Program-made: the position numbers and the translations under genes
Origin: Octopus sinensis
Taxonomy: Eukaryota
Length of the DNA: 64,000 nucleotides
Reading direction: 5' to 3'
Assembly: GCF_006345805.1 (NCBI RefSeq)
Contig: NC_042999.1
Span: forward strand, 137,950,001 to 138,014,000
Notes under the pieces: model-generated
What the model was told of the DNA's origin: nothing
The model's input: only the letters and a program-made list of their open reading frames with translations
Database searches by the model: none
In this document: positions 25,745 to 37,960 of the stretch, piece by piece
Position numbering within the stretch: the stretch's first letter is position 1
How the letters are laid out: the number at the start of each line of letters is the position of its first letter

Positions 25745-26070
25745 AGACTTTAGTATTCAAACTGATTGTGCTATGCAGGCCAATAGACCAGGTATTTTGG
25801 TTACAAATCAGGCTGATAAAACATGTCTGCTCCTAGATATGTCAATTTTATAAAAATATTTGAAACATTAAGTAAATACAAAAACTCCGAGACAGGAGTC
25901 TTAAAAAATGTGGCATCAAAGAATAACGACTGTACCTGAGATCATTGGAGCTTTGGCAACAATACTAAATGGCACTCTAAAACAATATGACTAAATGCTA
26001 GGAAACTCTAAAGTATTGGAACCACAAAAAATCGTTCTCATGGGTACTGCCCACATCCTAATTAAAAAAA
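25745..26070 (+). mobile_element. R4/Dong-like (RLE-type) non-LTR retrotransposon 3' fragment
   Basis: IQTDCAMQANRPGILV..ADKTCLLLDMSI and P.IIGAL...QKIVLMGTAHIL, the restriction-like endonuclease end of R4/Dong elements. Confidence 0.7.
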
Positions 26071-26369
26071 AATTGTCAACTTGAAAATAGTTGATTCCTT
26101 TAAAACTGAAATATAAATTTAGATTCTGGTCTCCTTCCTATACAATACATCATTGCTAATCATAAATAACATTTATAGTGAAATGTCCAGCCTGCTGTTA
26201 GTTGAGATCTATGGGTGAGACTTGGAATGGATCATATAAAGCAAAGTAGCTATAACATGTCATTTCACTTCTCAGAGCTCTTGATTTCACTTGCTCTGGC
26301 TCATTCTGTAAGAGTAGTCAATATCCTGTTGTTAAGGGTCTCACAGGGTTTTCTGCCATGATACTTACT

Positions 26370-27450
26370 CAAGTACCAATCTCAAAATCCCCACTGTCCT
26401 CAATAAAGCAGAGAATGTTCTACCCTCATGTCAATCCCAATTTCCCCAACGAATTTCTCAAACCTGGTTGTTAATGCTCCCACTGCCCCTACAACTACTG
26501 ACAATTATTTTCTTCTTTGCTTGCATTCGTGCAGTCTCATCGTTTAGAAGTTTGTACTTATCAATCTTTTTCAGTTCATTATCATCCACTCATACATCTC
26601 TAGGTTTGGTAAATTGTTTATCAATTCTGATTATCCTCCTCCCCAATACCTTTATATTCCCAATTACTTCTTACTGTTTCCTGACAGTTAGGCTGAACTA
26701 AATCCCCACCCCTATTTACCTACTTCACCTTTCCGATCATCCGCTCACTCTAATTGCATGAGTACGTTTCATCTATATATCTTAGTTTTCTTCATCATTT
26801 TATCAACTACAACAATGTCTGGTCTCCGAGCATCAGTCACTTAATCACATTGAATTGTAAAATCCCCAAAGAACTTATACACATTATTCTTGGTGAAACC
26901 TTCTGGTTAATGTTCGTAATGTTAATGTTCTCACACAATCTCCAATGAACATCCTTAGCTATGTTATCATGTCTTCTTTTGTATTACTTTTGAGCCATTT
27001 TGCTACATTCACTCACAATTAAGATTGTGTCCTTTCTGATGTCATACATCCTACAAAGGAGTGATTCAATACATATATCTATTTTGATCTTAGTGTAATT
27101 AGTTCTCAAAGCTTGCTCCTGAGTGCTGCATAATGATTGCCCAGAGCATCATTTCATGTAATTTTTCCTTAGCCACTTCTGAGTGTTGGTCTTGTCTTTC
27201 CATCCCATTTCTCTGAGGTATTGTGAATGCATCACTTTCACTTTCCAGTTCATTCTTTGCTCTCCCTTTTGTATCTTAAATTCTTTTGAGTATGTCACAT
27301 TTTTGCTTGGTATTGTGTTACCATTTCTAACAGCAACAACCAAAGGTTCAATCTGCTGTATGACATGCCATCCCAGATTATTTTCCTTGTTGGGAAATCA
27401 GATCTTACATCTTATGAGACCTCTTCCTCTCTTGCTTCTTGACATGCGAT
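26370..27450 (-). mobile_element. R4/Dong-like retrotransposon 3' fragment, interrupted by a ~180-bp repeat
   Basis: WKVKVMHSQYLRE...WL, LCRM, YKRRHDNIAK.VHWRL (CCHC region) and KIDKYKLL.DE motifs with stops. Confidence 0.72.
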
Positions 27451-27459
27451 CTTAGATGT

Positions 27460-27720
27460 CAAGAACCTTCTTAAGTATCCTAGTTGTCCCTAATAATACT
27501 GTTTTCTGGAGCTGCACATAATTATGTTATATGTTTACTTCCTCTATTCATCAATTCAAATCTTTAATGATAGTTACTAATGTGCCTATAACTACAGGAA
27601 ACATTTTACCCACACTTTCTATAGTCTCTGTAACTTAGTAGGTCCAGCTTCTTTGCTATTTTCTCTATACCTCTCATATTGACTTGCTCATCATTTAGGA
27701 CTGTAAAGTCAATTACCCGG
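27460..27720 (-). mobile_element. R4/Dong-like 3' end
   Basis: LQKTVLLGTTRILKKVLDI* terminal motif. Confidence 0.7.
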
Positions 27721-27989
27721 TACTTTATATTCTCTAAGGTGGTGAGCTGGCAGAACCATTAGCATGCTGGGTCAAATGCTTAGTGGCATTTCACCCATTT
27801 TTACACTCTGAGTTCAAATTCTGCTGAGGTCAACTTTACCTTTCATCCTCTTGGGATTGTTAAAATAAGTCTCAGTTGATCACTAGAGTCAATGTAATCG
27901 ACTTAGTCCCTCTCCCAAACTTGTTGGCCTTGAGCTAAAATTTAGCTAGCAAGTATTTTATCTTGGCATTTTGTGACAACAAGTCTACT

Positions 27990-28250
27990 CAAATCTCAAG
28001 ACTCTTTTTCGGGATTCTTGCAGAATATAGAATGGTACTTTTCTACAGGTTGACAATTTGAGTTCCAATTCCAATTTCTTCCAGTCATTTAGGTAGTATT
28101 TTAGGTGTTGTGCCAAGTGCACCAATTACTACAGGAATAATTTACTGTCTTCATCTTCTAGTTTCCCCAGCTCTCTGGTTAGATCCTGATATTTCTCAAT
28201 TTTTTCAATTTCTAATGAAAGCTAGTAGCTCAGATTCAAATTTGTCAAGC
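27990..28250 (-). mobile_element. R4/Dong-like 3' end
   Basis: EKIEKYQDLTREL...IIPVVIGALGTTPK.L...LEEIGI...ILYSARI motif. Confidence 0.75.
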
Positions 28251-28274
28251 AAATATCAACACAAAACACACACA

Positions 28275-28413
28275 CACGTGTGTGTGTGTATGTATGTATG
28301 TATGTGTGTATGTATGTATGTATGCATGTATGTATGAATGTATGCATGTACACATGTATGTATGTATGTATGTATGTATGTATGTATGTATGTATGTGGT
28401 GTGTGTGTATGTA

Positions 28414-28444
<31 letters not shown>

Positions 28445-28540
28445 ATGTATGTATGTATGTATGTATGTATGTATGTGTGTATGCATGCATGTACATATGT
28501 TTGTATGTATGTATGTATGTATGTATGTATGTATGTATAC
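28275..28540. repeat. (TATG)n/(TG)n microsatellite
   Basis: Direct reading; explains ORFs 28245-28604. Confidence 0.95.
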
Positions 28541-28867
28541 GTTTTTACAACGAACAGGTGTAGAGTCTAATTATAAAGTATTACTACAGATGATCGCCCA
28601 TTAGTTTTAGTTTGAATGTTCTTGTGCTGGCTCTAGGTGCAATCACTCTGCAATTTAAAATTCCCCAGCATAGAAGTACGCTTGAAAGTTTGAAGTTTGT
28701 ATTTCTTTGTATATAAAAGCAAGAATAAAACATTTATGTTTTCATAACAATACTCAGAATAAAACTTTTATGTTTTCATAACAATACTCAGTTTGAAATC
28801 ATACGTCAAGTTACATTACATGGCTTACTAAGAAAACAGACACGAAGAGCAAGCTATAAATAATCCG

Positions 28868-29525
28868 CTCTACTATAGGCACAAGGCCTGAAATTTGCGG
28901 GAGGGAGTAAGTCGATTACATCGACCCCAGTGCTCAACTGGTACTTATGTTACCCACCCCGAAAGGATGAAAGGTAAAGTCGACCCTAGCGGCACTTGAA
29001 CTCAGAAGAGAAGACAAACAAAATACCGCTAAGCATTTTGTCTGGCGTGCTAACGATTCTGCCAGCTCGCCGCCTTAAGCAAGTTATTAATAATCTTTTC
29101 TACTAAAGGCACCAAGGTCTGAAATTTTTGGGGAGGGGACTGGACAATTACATCGACCCCAGTACGCAACTGGTACTTAATTTATTGACCCTGAAAGGAT
29201 GAAAGACAAAGTCGACTCCGGCGGAATTTGAACTCAGAACGTAGTGACAGACGAAATACCGCTAAGCATTTTGCCTGGAGTACCAACGATTCTGTCAGCT
29301 ATTTTCTACTCTAGGCACAAGGCCTGATACTTTTTGGTGAGGGAATCAGTCGATTAGATCGACCCCAGTACGCAACTGGTACTTAATTTATCGACCCCGA
29401 AAGGATGAAAGGCCGAAAGGATGAAAGTCGACCTCGGCGGAAATTGAACTCAGAACGTAACGGCAGACGAAATATGCTCGGCATTTCGCCCGAAATGCTA
29501 ACGATTCTGCCAGCTCGCCGCCTTA
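28868..29525 (-). mobile_element. Three head-to-tail SINE family B copies
   Basis: Units ~28868-29075, ~29095-29300 and ~29305-29525, each AGGCACAAGG...GTCGACCCC...GCCAGCTCGCCGCCTTA on + (middle unit truncated). Confidence 0.85.
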
Positions 29526-30268
29526 AACTAGCTATTAATAATACTTATACTATATGTTAATTTTTAATAGTAAGTCATGTACAAGTTATCTCCCTTGAAA
29601 GAAAGCGTCTTGAAAAATTTTCATTTGTGAATTATCCCCCTTCGCATATGACAAGCAGGTTGTGACGCCATATTGGATTAGAACTTTCCTATGATATTTG
29701 ATAATATATTCCTACAAGGTACTAAACACACGCACGCACGCACACATAGTGGTAGGAAACTCTCAAGAGAGCTGAACAGTAGGCCTTCCGTGAAGTAACT
29801 CTCCTCGGGCGAATCTTTCGGCTCTTAACTTCTTACACAGAGAGTCGGGCCTCATCTAAGCCATGACTCCAGGTTGCTCTTCTTTTAGCCATTCGGATCT
29901 CGAAGACTTATACATTTAAGCCGCTTGGAAATTTCATATAGTTGTAACTCTTCTCCGTTGATTCAGTTTTCAAATTTATATTTAAAGATAATCACACTCA
30001 TACTAAAACGTATATTAAGTGGCTTCATTGTCTTAAGCTAAAATGTGAACACGAAGGGCCTACCTACCTACCTACCTGCCTGCCAGCCTGCTTGCCTGCC
30101 CGCCTGTCTATCTGCCTGCCTGTTTGCTTGTCTATGTATGTATGCGTGCGTGTGTATGTATGTGTCTCTTCTAATTTTTAATTATTATAAATCTTCCACT
30201 GAGAAGGGAGCCGATTTTTAACAGAGATACAAGGTTCCATCTTTGGAATGTAGTTAACACAGACAAAT

Positions 30269-32100
30269 TCACATTTGGAACTTGAGAAAAGATTTGTATA
30301 TTTTTACTGTTCCACTCGCAGATTGCACTTGTAATGTACGAATTAGCCGGTCGATTTCTCTTTCTGGAAATCCCAGTTTATCCAGATTTTCATTTAAGCA
30401 TTTACTAACAAAACCTAGTGCGCCAATTATTATTGGTGTGAATATGAATACATAGTCTGGATATAGAAGCTGGAGGTTTCGAAGCAGTTGTCCATAGGTG
30501 TCCTCTTTTTCTTTGATTTTCAAACTCTGTGATGGTACATATCTTTGCTCCTCTCTCCCAAACAACAATATCCGACCTGTTATGTTCACATTTGACAGAT
30601 GTTTTGATGGGAATATTCCACCAGTATTCCTTGAGTTGGGGTTTATGAATGTATTCCATATCAGAGGGATTGTCTGAGTTTATTTCAGGACAGTCTTTTT
30701 TGCAGATGGCATTGTAAATTGTTTTAGCAACAATATCGTGCCGCATAGGGAGATAGTACCATAACGACATTTTAGGACAGCTGCTAATCACATGCAAAAT
30801 GTCTTTCATAGCTTATACATGCGGTTGCACTGTCTCTCGAGTTCACCAGGTACTTTGTGGCAATCTCATGTTCCTGGATCGCAAACGCATAGCCCTCAAA
30901 GTATGATGTGATGTAGTGGTCTTGTGTCCAAGAGAGGCTGCGCTTCGTGTCAATTCTACTGTCTTCTTAAAGCTTCTGGGCAACGTACACATGCTTTTTT
31001 GTATGTTGAGTGCTTTCTATCTAGGACTTTGGGGGTAAGAGAGCCCAACTGTTTTGGGGGCTAATTAGGAGATCATCAAGAAGAGAGTGCTTCCCGAGGA
31101 GCTCACTGCCAAACTGCCAACTCGTACAATGTTGCCCACTTCACTTTTCAGCACTCCATTTATATATTTATTTTTGCTGTTGTTGTTTAGCAGGTGCTGC
31201 CTGGATGATACCATACGGCATTCAAAGACCGTCTGCACTAATCTCAGGCCTCTACCACCTTTATTTCTTCTTAGGTAGAGCCTGTGAACATCACTGTTTC
31301 TGTGGAAGTTCCCAGTTGTTGTCAAGATTTTGCGGGTTTTGATATCTATGGAGTGGATTTCCTCTACAGAACAATCAAGTATCCCAAATGTTAGGATCAG
31401 CACTGGTGCTACAAATGCATTGTGGGATATTGTTTTGTTGTAAGAGGAGCGTGCCGACTGTCATATTTTCCTAAGTCTGGTGTAATATTCTCGGGTCACT
31501 CTATCTGTAGCCACAGTGTCTTCATATGATATATTTTTGCCTATGCTTAGGTACTTGTAACATTCTTTGCGTGGAACGGGAGAGATAGAGAGACCGTTGA
31601 TGCCCAGTGGTCAAATTCCATGCCTATATCAATTGAAAATGTTATTAATTCCAGTAGTTTTTTCGGCATTCTTAATACTTTTAGTATAAATCTTCAGGTC
31701 GTCTACCAAGAAATTATGAGTTACATTGATATTTCTAGCCGTTGAAGATCCTAGCATGTAACCATTTGTTTTCTGCAGTAGGAACGATAGTGGATTCAGT
31801 GCCAAAATAAAAAGAAGTACAGAAAGATTATCTCCCTGGAATATTTCCTTTGAAATGCCTATGCTATCAGAAACAATTATTGTCCATGTCTTTGTGAATC
31901 TCTCTATAGCAGCAATTAAAGTAGTAGGTACTTTTACTTGATGTAGGCACTTCAACAGCCATGATAGAGTCGAATGCCTTCTTATAGTCAAACCATACTT
32001 TCTCATGGTTTCTACGTTGTTTTCTTACTTCAGAGTCAAAAATGACATCTATATCATACATTAAATCTTTTTTAAAGATTTCGACCTGTAATGACAATAA
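30269..32100 (-). mobile_element. R2-superfamily (R4/Dong-like) RT+RLE retrotransposon, 5'-truncated and frameshifted
   Basis: VWFDYKKAFDS, IFQGDNLSVLLFILALNPL, FLVDDLKIY (RT); RLYLRRNKGGRGL; ILHVISSC...RHDIVAK (CCHC); NRSDIVV and PIIIGALG (RLE). Confidence 0.9.
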
Positions 32101-32117
32101 GCACAAAAATCCTCAAT

Positions 32118-32119
<2 letters not shown>

Positions 32120-32198
<79 letters not shown>

Positions 32199-32342
32199 TT
32201 AGTGAAGGGAAGAAATGGAGCTAAACGAAGATTCTACAGAATTCCTTTTATTATTTTCTACACATGTTTCAAAGGCCGCAAATTTCCAAATTCGGACTGA
32301 ATTTGAATAATCCTTAACAAGATACTTCATTTATCCATTTCA

Positions 32343-32375
<33 letters not shown>

Positions 32376-32378
32376 TAT

Positions 32379-32451
<73 letters not shown>

Positions 32452-32551
32452 TGTATGTATGTATGTATGTATGTATGTATGTATGTATGTATGTGTGTGT
32501 ATATATGTGTGTATGTGTGTATATATATGTGTGTGTGTATATGTATGTAAC

Positions 32552-32611
<60 letters not shown>

Positions 32612-32680
32612 ACTATTAAAACTCTGTGATAGATTGCTTGCTTGCTTGCTTGCGTGCTTGCTTGCTTGCTTGCGTGCTTG
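32120..32680. repeat. (TA)n, (TATG)n, (CTAT)n, (GCTT)n microsatellite block
   Basis: Direct reading. Confidence 0.9.
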
Positions 32681-34139
32681 CTTGCGTGTAATAAAGCCAA
32701 ACCGGCGCATAATGGGAAAATACTCTGAAAGTAAGGTAACCCTGAAATGTGAATACAAACGGATTAAAACAAATTTTGCGTAAATCGGACCGTGGATTCC
32801 CGAAATACGAGGTTTTTGGGCGCATATTGGGATAATACTCCGAAAGTAACATAACCCAGAAATGGGAATATATAATACTGTGAAAATTGTTTCTATTAAT
32901 TTTATGTTTACGTTGTATAACAATTCCATTTGCATTTTTGAAGAAGTGTGCACATATGCCATAAACAACTGCTTTTACTGGAGTTCAAGTTTATCTCGGA
33001 AGTTCTGTTTCAATTAGATTCTGTAAATAATCAATAAAATCTTAAACACGATGACACGAACGAATTGAGATATTTAACTGAATCATCATAAAATAAAATT
33101 TCATCTGTAGTGGCACAGGATCTTCAGGCAAGTTAAGACTTGCCTGAAGATTCTGTGCACCAGTAAGTGAAACTCAGAACAGCAAGCGACTGAACGCAGC
33201 GTAAGAAGCAGCAGAATTAATCTGAAATTTCTTCACCAGTCACCACACATTGTTGTTAAGTGTTCACTACAAATAATGGTAACTATTTAATTATGGATTG
33301 TTCTTATTTGCCTATGTATAGTAGGGTATTTCTTTAATAGTGATGGTTTATATTACGTATTTTTCTGCTCTGCCTAGTGACGTGGGCTTAGCCCAGAACC
33401 TCTGTTTAGGCTACAATTACATCCATTGAGGCTAGTAGGCGTCAAGGTTAATCTCCATATCAAGAGATTGAATTATTTGTTCGTTTTTCTTTTTATTAAA
33501 TATTATAGTGCCCTATTGCTATCACTTATCTTTAACATATTCTCGGTATCTTATAAATTGTACCAATTTTATAGTTTCCAATTAAAGTTTCAATTTAAAT
33601 GAACTACAACTAAAATAACAGAAGTCTCTACTTAATCAAACTGACTAGATTGTGTAAATTATTCATTTTCACACCATGTTGATTCGTTCAAATTATAATA
33701 ATTCATTTTACATTAATATATAATACACACTCGTGTATTATAGTAATTTATTTTACATTAACATATAATACACACTCGTGTATATGCTCCAACTCTTGTC
33801 AGCTCACTGATTGAAATTCAAATATTTTACATGGGTCTTAGTGTTGTACTAAGGGAGCGTGGATAAAATGGCAGACTTGTTCTGATGGGTGAGCTGAATG
33901 CTAGACCCGGGCATAATTTTGAAACCCGGACTTGTATAGGTTGTCACAGAATCGGAAATTGTAATAACAATGATTCCCTTCTACTACAAATGTATCAAAT
34001 GACCTAATGATAACTAATACTCGATTCTGGAAAAAATGCAATTAACAAGACTGTCTGGAAGTAAAACATGTTACTAGTCACTTACACATGATTTTGTTAA
34101 TGTAACTGGATCAAAACCTGTTAAGGTTAAAAGAAACTA

Positions 34140-35400
34140 TTCGAATCAATTCTTCAATTGTAGATGCTTGAGGCCTTTCGATTTGTCAAGTGCCAAATAC
34201 CATAATCAAGACCATAAATAACATGGCCTTCTCCTGGATCACCACCTTGAAGCTAAATACAGGGAGAGATGGTATCGTTACTGACAAAATACAGTATGGT
34301 AGACGTATAGTAATCCATCGACTATCGCGGGTGCTACGTTCCAAAACACCCCGCGATAGGTGGAAATCCGCGAAGTAGAAACAGTACTGTACTGCACATT
34401 TTAAAAAATTATTTATATAATTATTTTATTAAAAATGCAAAACAACACCACAGAGGAATCGACGTAAGCTTAAATAATAAACCGCGATAAGTGAACCGTA
34501 ACATGGCGAGGGATTACTGTATACTTTAAGTGAGACAGCCTTTCAAAGATGCAGTGTATACTCTCAGTAAGCCCTCTGTTGAGGAAATTTGAAAGGTACG
34601 CAATTGGCTCACATGAGAGCAGAAATACCAATCAAACAGAGTCTTTGTGAACAACTTTAAAGTGTGTGTCAAGAATATGACTGATATGAAGACGAGCTTT
34701 GATCTGGTTACAGTATTATCAAATGATGAAGAGATTGATTTTGGCCAGCCTAAATGTTCTTACCTTGCTGCAAAATGAGAGAAAACTAAAAGTAATTTTA
34801 ATAACATACCTATCAATGGCCTAAATATAGCTTTGGTATCTGATAAAGAATGTTACAAGCACTTGGGTATTGGCTGAAGTTATATACAATGACGGAACTT
34901 GGAGTGCGTAACGTGGCACTGCAACATTCGATACACTCTAACATCAAGTCAAGTAGTCTTTGAATTTCATATCTCTTCGACATATTTACTAACCACCAAA
35001 CGTCGAAGCGCACACAAAGATTAATAATGAATATTCGATGTAAATAACATCATAGAGTTGGAAAGGAGCTCATTGGAAAGTGTTAACTGACTGATGACCA
35101 AGATAGCACATTGAGTGACGTTGTATAGTTTAGAAAGATTCTTTGTAACTGGAACATAAATACACATAATGGTATATCATGGTCAAACAACTAGTATAGT
35201 TTCCACTTCTTCAATCTTGGAACAAGAAATAATAACGAAACATCTAATGCAAAAAGTACATAGAAATAAGGTCAAACATTTAGGTGTGTTAACTGATGAT
35301 GGGTCTGAAATCAACACTAAAAATGCCACCACAATACTATTTCCCTATGAGACATGATGTCGGGCATAAAACATTATTTAATATAATTAGTTGAAACCGT
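34140..35400 (+). mobile_element. Old R4/Dong-like element, RT part (continues at 36850-37320)
   Basis: VPNTIIKTINNMAFSWITTLKL; FVNNFKVCVKN...LSNDEEIDFGQPKCSYL...YKHLGI; collinear with the 30269-32100 family. Confidence 0.65.
34308..34519. mobile_element. Tigger-derived MITE nested in the R4-like element
   Basis: TA|TAGTAATCCATCG...GGCGAGGGATTACTG|TA; same family as 21645. Confidence 0.8.
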
Positions 35401-35410
35401 AGTCTTATAC

Positions 35411-35411
35411 A

Positions 35412-35487
<76 letters not shown>

Positions 35488-35490
35488 CAC
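35411..35490. repeat. (GCAC)n microsatellite
   Basis: Direct reading. Confidence 0.95.
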
Positions 35491-36105
35491 TCTCATGATG
35501 GGGCTCTTTTGTAGATTTCGACGCATGAGGAGCCAACTAGTCACTTAAGTACGTTGTGTTTGTGTGTATATCAAACCAGTTTTAGATTTACGAACAAAAT
35601 CTTAATGCAAAAGGCTGAAGTCGTATTTTCGTTTTTCCCACTTCATTGTTAGATTATCTTATCTTGAGGACTCAAAGTCTTTTATATCACTGTAGCATAG
35701 TTTCTTCCATAATTTGCGATCTCGTCCCATTTTCTCAAAGTACGATATGAGTACATTTGAAATTGATAAATTCGATATCAACTTATCTCCGTATCACAAT
35801 ATCTCGGGCACCATCATAGAGCCTGTATAGGAATAATTATGGGGATCGATATGGTCACTTAAACCCTTCAAAGCGATATCCCAGTAGGATTGCAGTTTAA
35901 CGAGTGAAATCAGCTAAATAATAAACCAATTAATAGCACTATTAATTGCGTAGGATATATATTCTTAAATTACATAAAATTATTTAAAATGAATTGTATT
36001 TTAATATAAATGAAATGGCTATGGTAATGGTTACTTTTCTCTATACTGGATTTAATAATTTCTGGATGAAGAAAAAAGGGGCATAATTTGGAGAATTTAT
36101 ATGGA

Positions 36106-36530
36106 CTGGCTGGACCCGTGAAAAATTCACGGTAAATATATAAAATGTAAGCATCTGTAAATTGCGTGCTGGTGCCGAGAGAGATATATGCCGAGAGAGA
36201 TCCAATTCTGTTTCACATATTTTCCAAGTACAGCTGCCTTTGCGCTTGACTCAAGTGTCTTCGATTCTGTTGATCTCTATCTCTCTTATTTTGAAAATAC
36301 ACTTCTCTTTGGTCTTGGCTCATCTGTTCTATCCTTTGCTGATTTCTTTCCCTCCTATGCCGTATGATACGCTCCTTCTCCTCTTGGCTTATTTCATTTC
36401 TTCTCTATCTCATCCCGACGCGATTTTGATTCCTTATTTCCACCCGCTGTTCCTCGCGCAACCGTTCTCTCCTTCTACACTGACGCTCTCGTGCTGCGTC
36501 TCTCATGCGATTATCCATATTTTAAAACTT
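36106..36530 (-). mobile_element. Non-autonomous Helitron-like fragment
   Basis: Minus strand ends with hairpin CCGTGAA-TTT-TTCACGG then GTCCAGCCAG|T (CTAG-like). Upstream decayed R/E-rich frame MDNRMRDAARERQCRRRERLREEQR resembles RepHel N-termini. ORF 36162-36578(+) is its antisense. Confidence 0.6.
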
Positions 36531-36849
36531 GTTATTAAAACAATAAATCTCCAAAATGATTCAGAGTGCTTCAATTGAAAAACATACGAATGTATTAGAC
36601 AGTTTTTGTTTAAAAAGTGAAAATATTTCTGAAATGCTCACCTAATATGCAAGGATACGCGTGGTTTTGCCTTTATTAACCAGGGGTCAATTTCAGTTCA
36701 GTCGTAGAAAGGAATTCAAATACCTATCAGCAACTCCCTCTCCCCCTCTCTCTCTTTCACTTCCTTGCTCGACAAACTCATCAAATTTAAGTATCTTAAT
36801 TTTTCTCATTAAAATCGTTGCTGCTTCGGTGGCTCAGTAGATATTGGTG

Positions 36850-37320
36850 CTGAAAAGTAGTGATATACACATAGGTGGTGGTTTCAAGTCTCTTCCGGGA
36901 ATTACAAGAGATCTTGTTAAATTTTTTTATCTAAGCAACAAAATTTCCTGCAACAATTTCTTTCTCTTAAGCGTGACACACGCGTCAGGTACGTACAAAA
37001 AACAAATTGGCGTATTAATATTATTGATGATATGGTTAAGAGCTTGTATTTGAAAGTATAAAGAAAAAAGCAATCGCGTGCATGAATAACAAGGAATACA
37101 GGTGGCACATTCCAATAAAAGCAACAATCCGGTGCAAGACAACATCCCTGACATTATGCATGCATTATTCTAGAGGCCAGCTGCTCAGAGGATGTTTTCT
37201 TTAAAGTTATAGGAAAAGGACCATCTTTGGAGAACTAATCAGTAATTTACAGCAGTTGTATCCTGACTATACATTCGTATATTTTCAGAGATGCAGTGGT
37301 CTATGTAACAAGAGATTTGC
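36850..37320 (+). mobile_element. R4/Dong-like element, endonuclease part
   Basis: KEYRWHIPIKATIRCK and FGELISNLQQLYPDYTFVY parallel KEYWWNIPIKTSVKC and YGQLLRNLQLLYPDYVFIF of the 30269 copy. Confidence 0.7.
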
Positions 37321-37689
37321 ATAAAAGCCTTACATACATGCACATAACTCGTTCATATACTCGCAAGTCCTTTAACTGACTTGACATAAAAGAGCCACTC
37401 TGATAAAAAAAACTGGCTTAAATTATTGAGTAAACTTAAATCTCGAATAAAAACACATACATAGTATATTGAAAATGTGTTAAAGATATTTTACTACAGT
37501 GAGAACGACAATGCACTTAAATATCAAACTGAGTGTTTATGTCAGCAATTCCACTCAATCCTATAGTATTAATTGATAAAGTATGTTCTTCACTTCCCTT
37601 TCCAAATGAAAACCCATACATACAGAAGACACACGCACTGACGTTTTTATTCTTTTGAGTGTGCGTGTACGTGCGTGTGTGTGCGCGCG

Positions 37690-37960
<271 letters not shown>

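Noticed and set aside
28245-28604. Stacked ORFs rich in MYVC/HTYI (also 24285, 32423, 37655, 43556, 58221-58666, 59107-59504, 60709-61155)
   Set aside because: These are translations of (TATG)n, (TA)n, (CA)n and (CTAT)n microsatellites, which lack stops in several frames.
28868-29525. Repeat-spacer appearance resembling a CRISPR array (also 3100-3390 and 54440-55260)
   Set aside because: Eukaryotic context; units are ~200-bp SINEs or a LINE minisatellite with no unique fixed-length spacers or cas genes.
36162-36578. 138-aa hydrophobic + strand ORF
   Set aside because: It is the antisense of a purine-rich, R/E-coding Helitron-like relic; the hydrophobicity follows from CT-richness.
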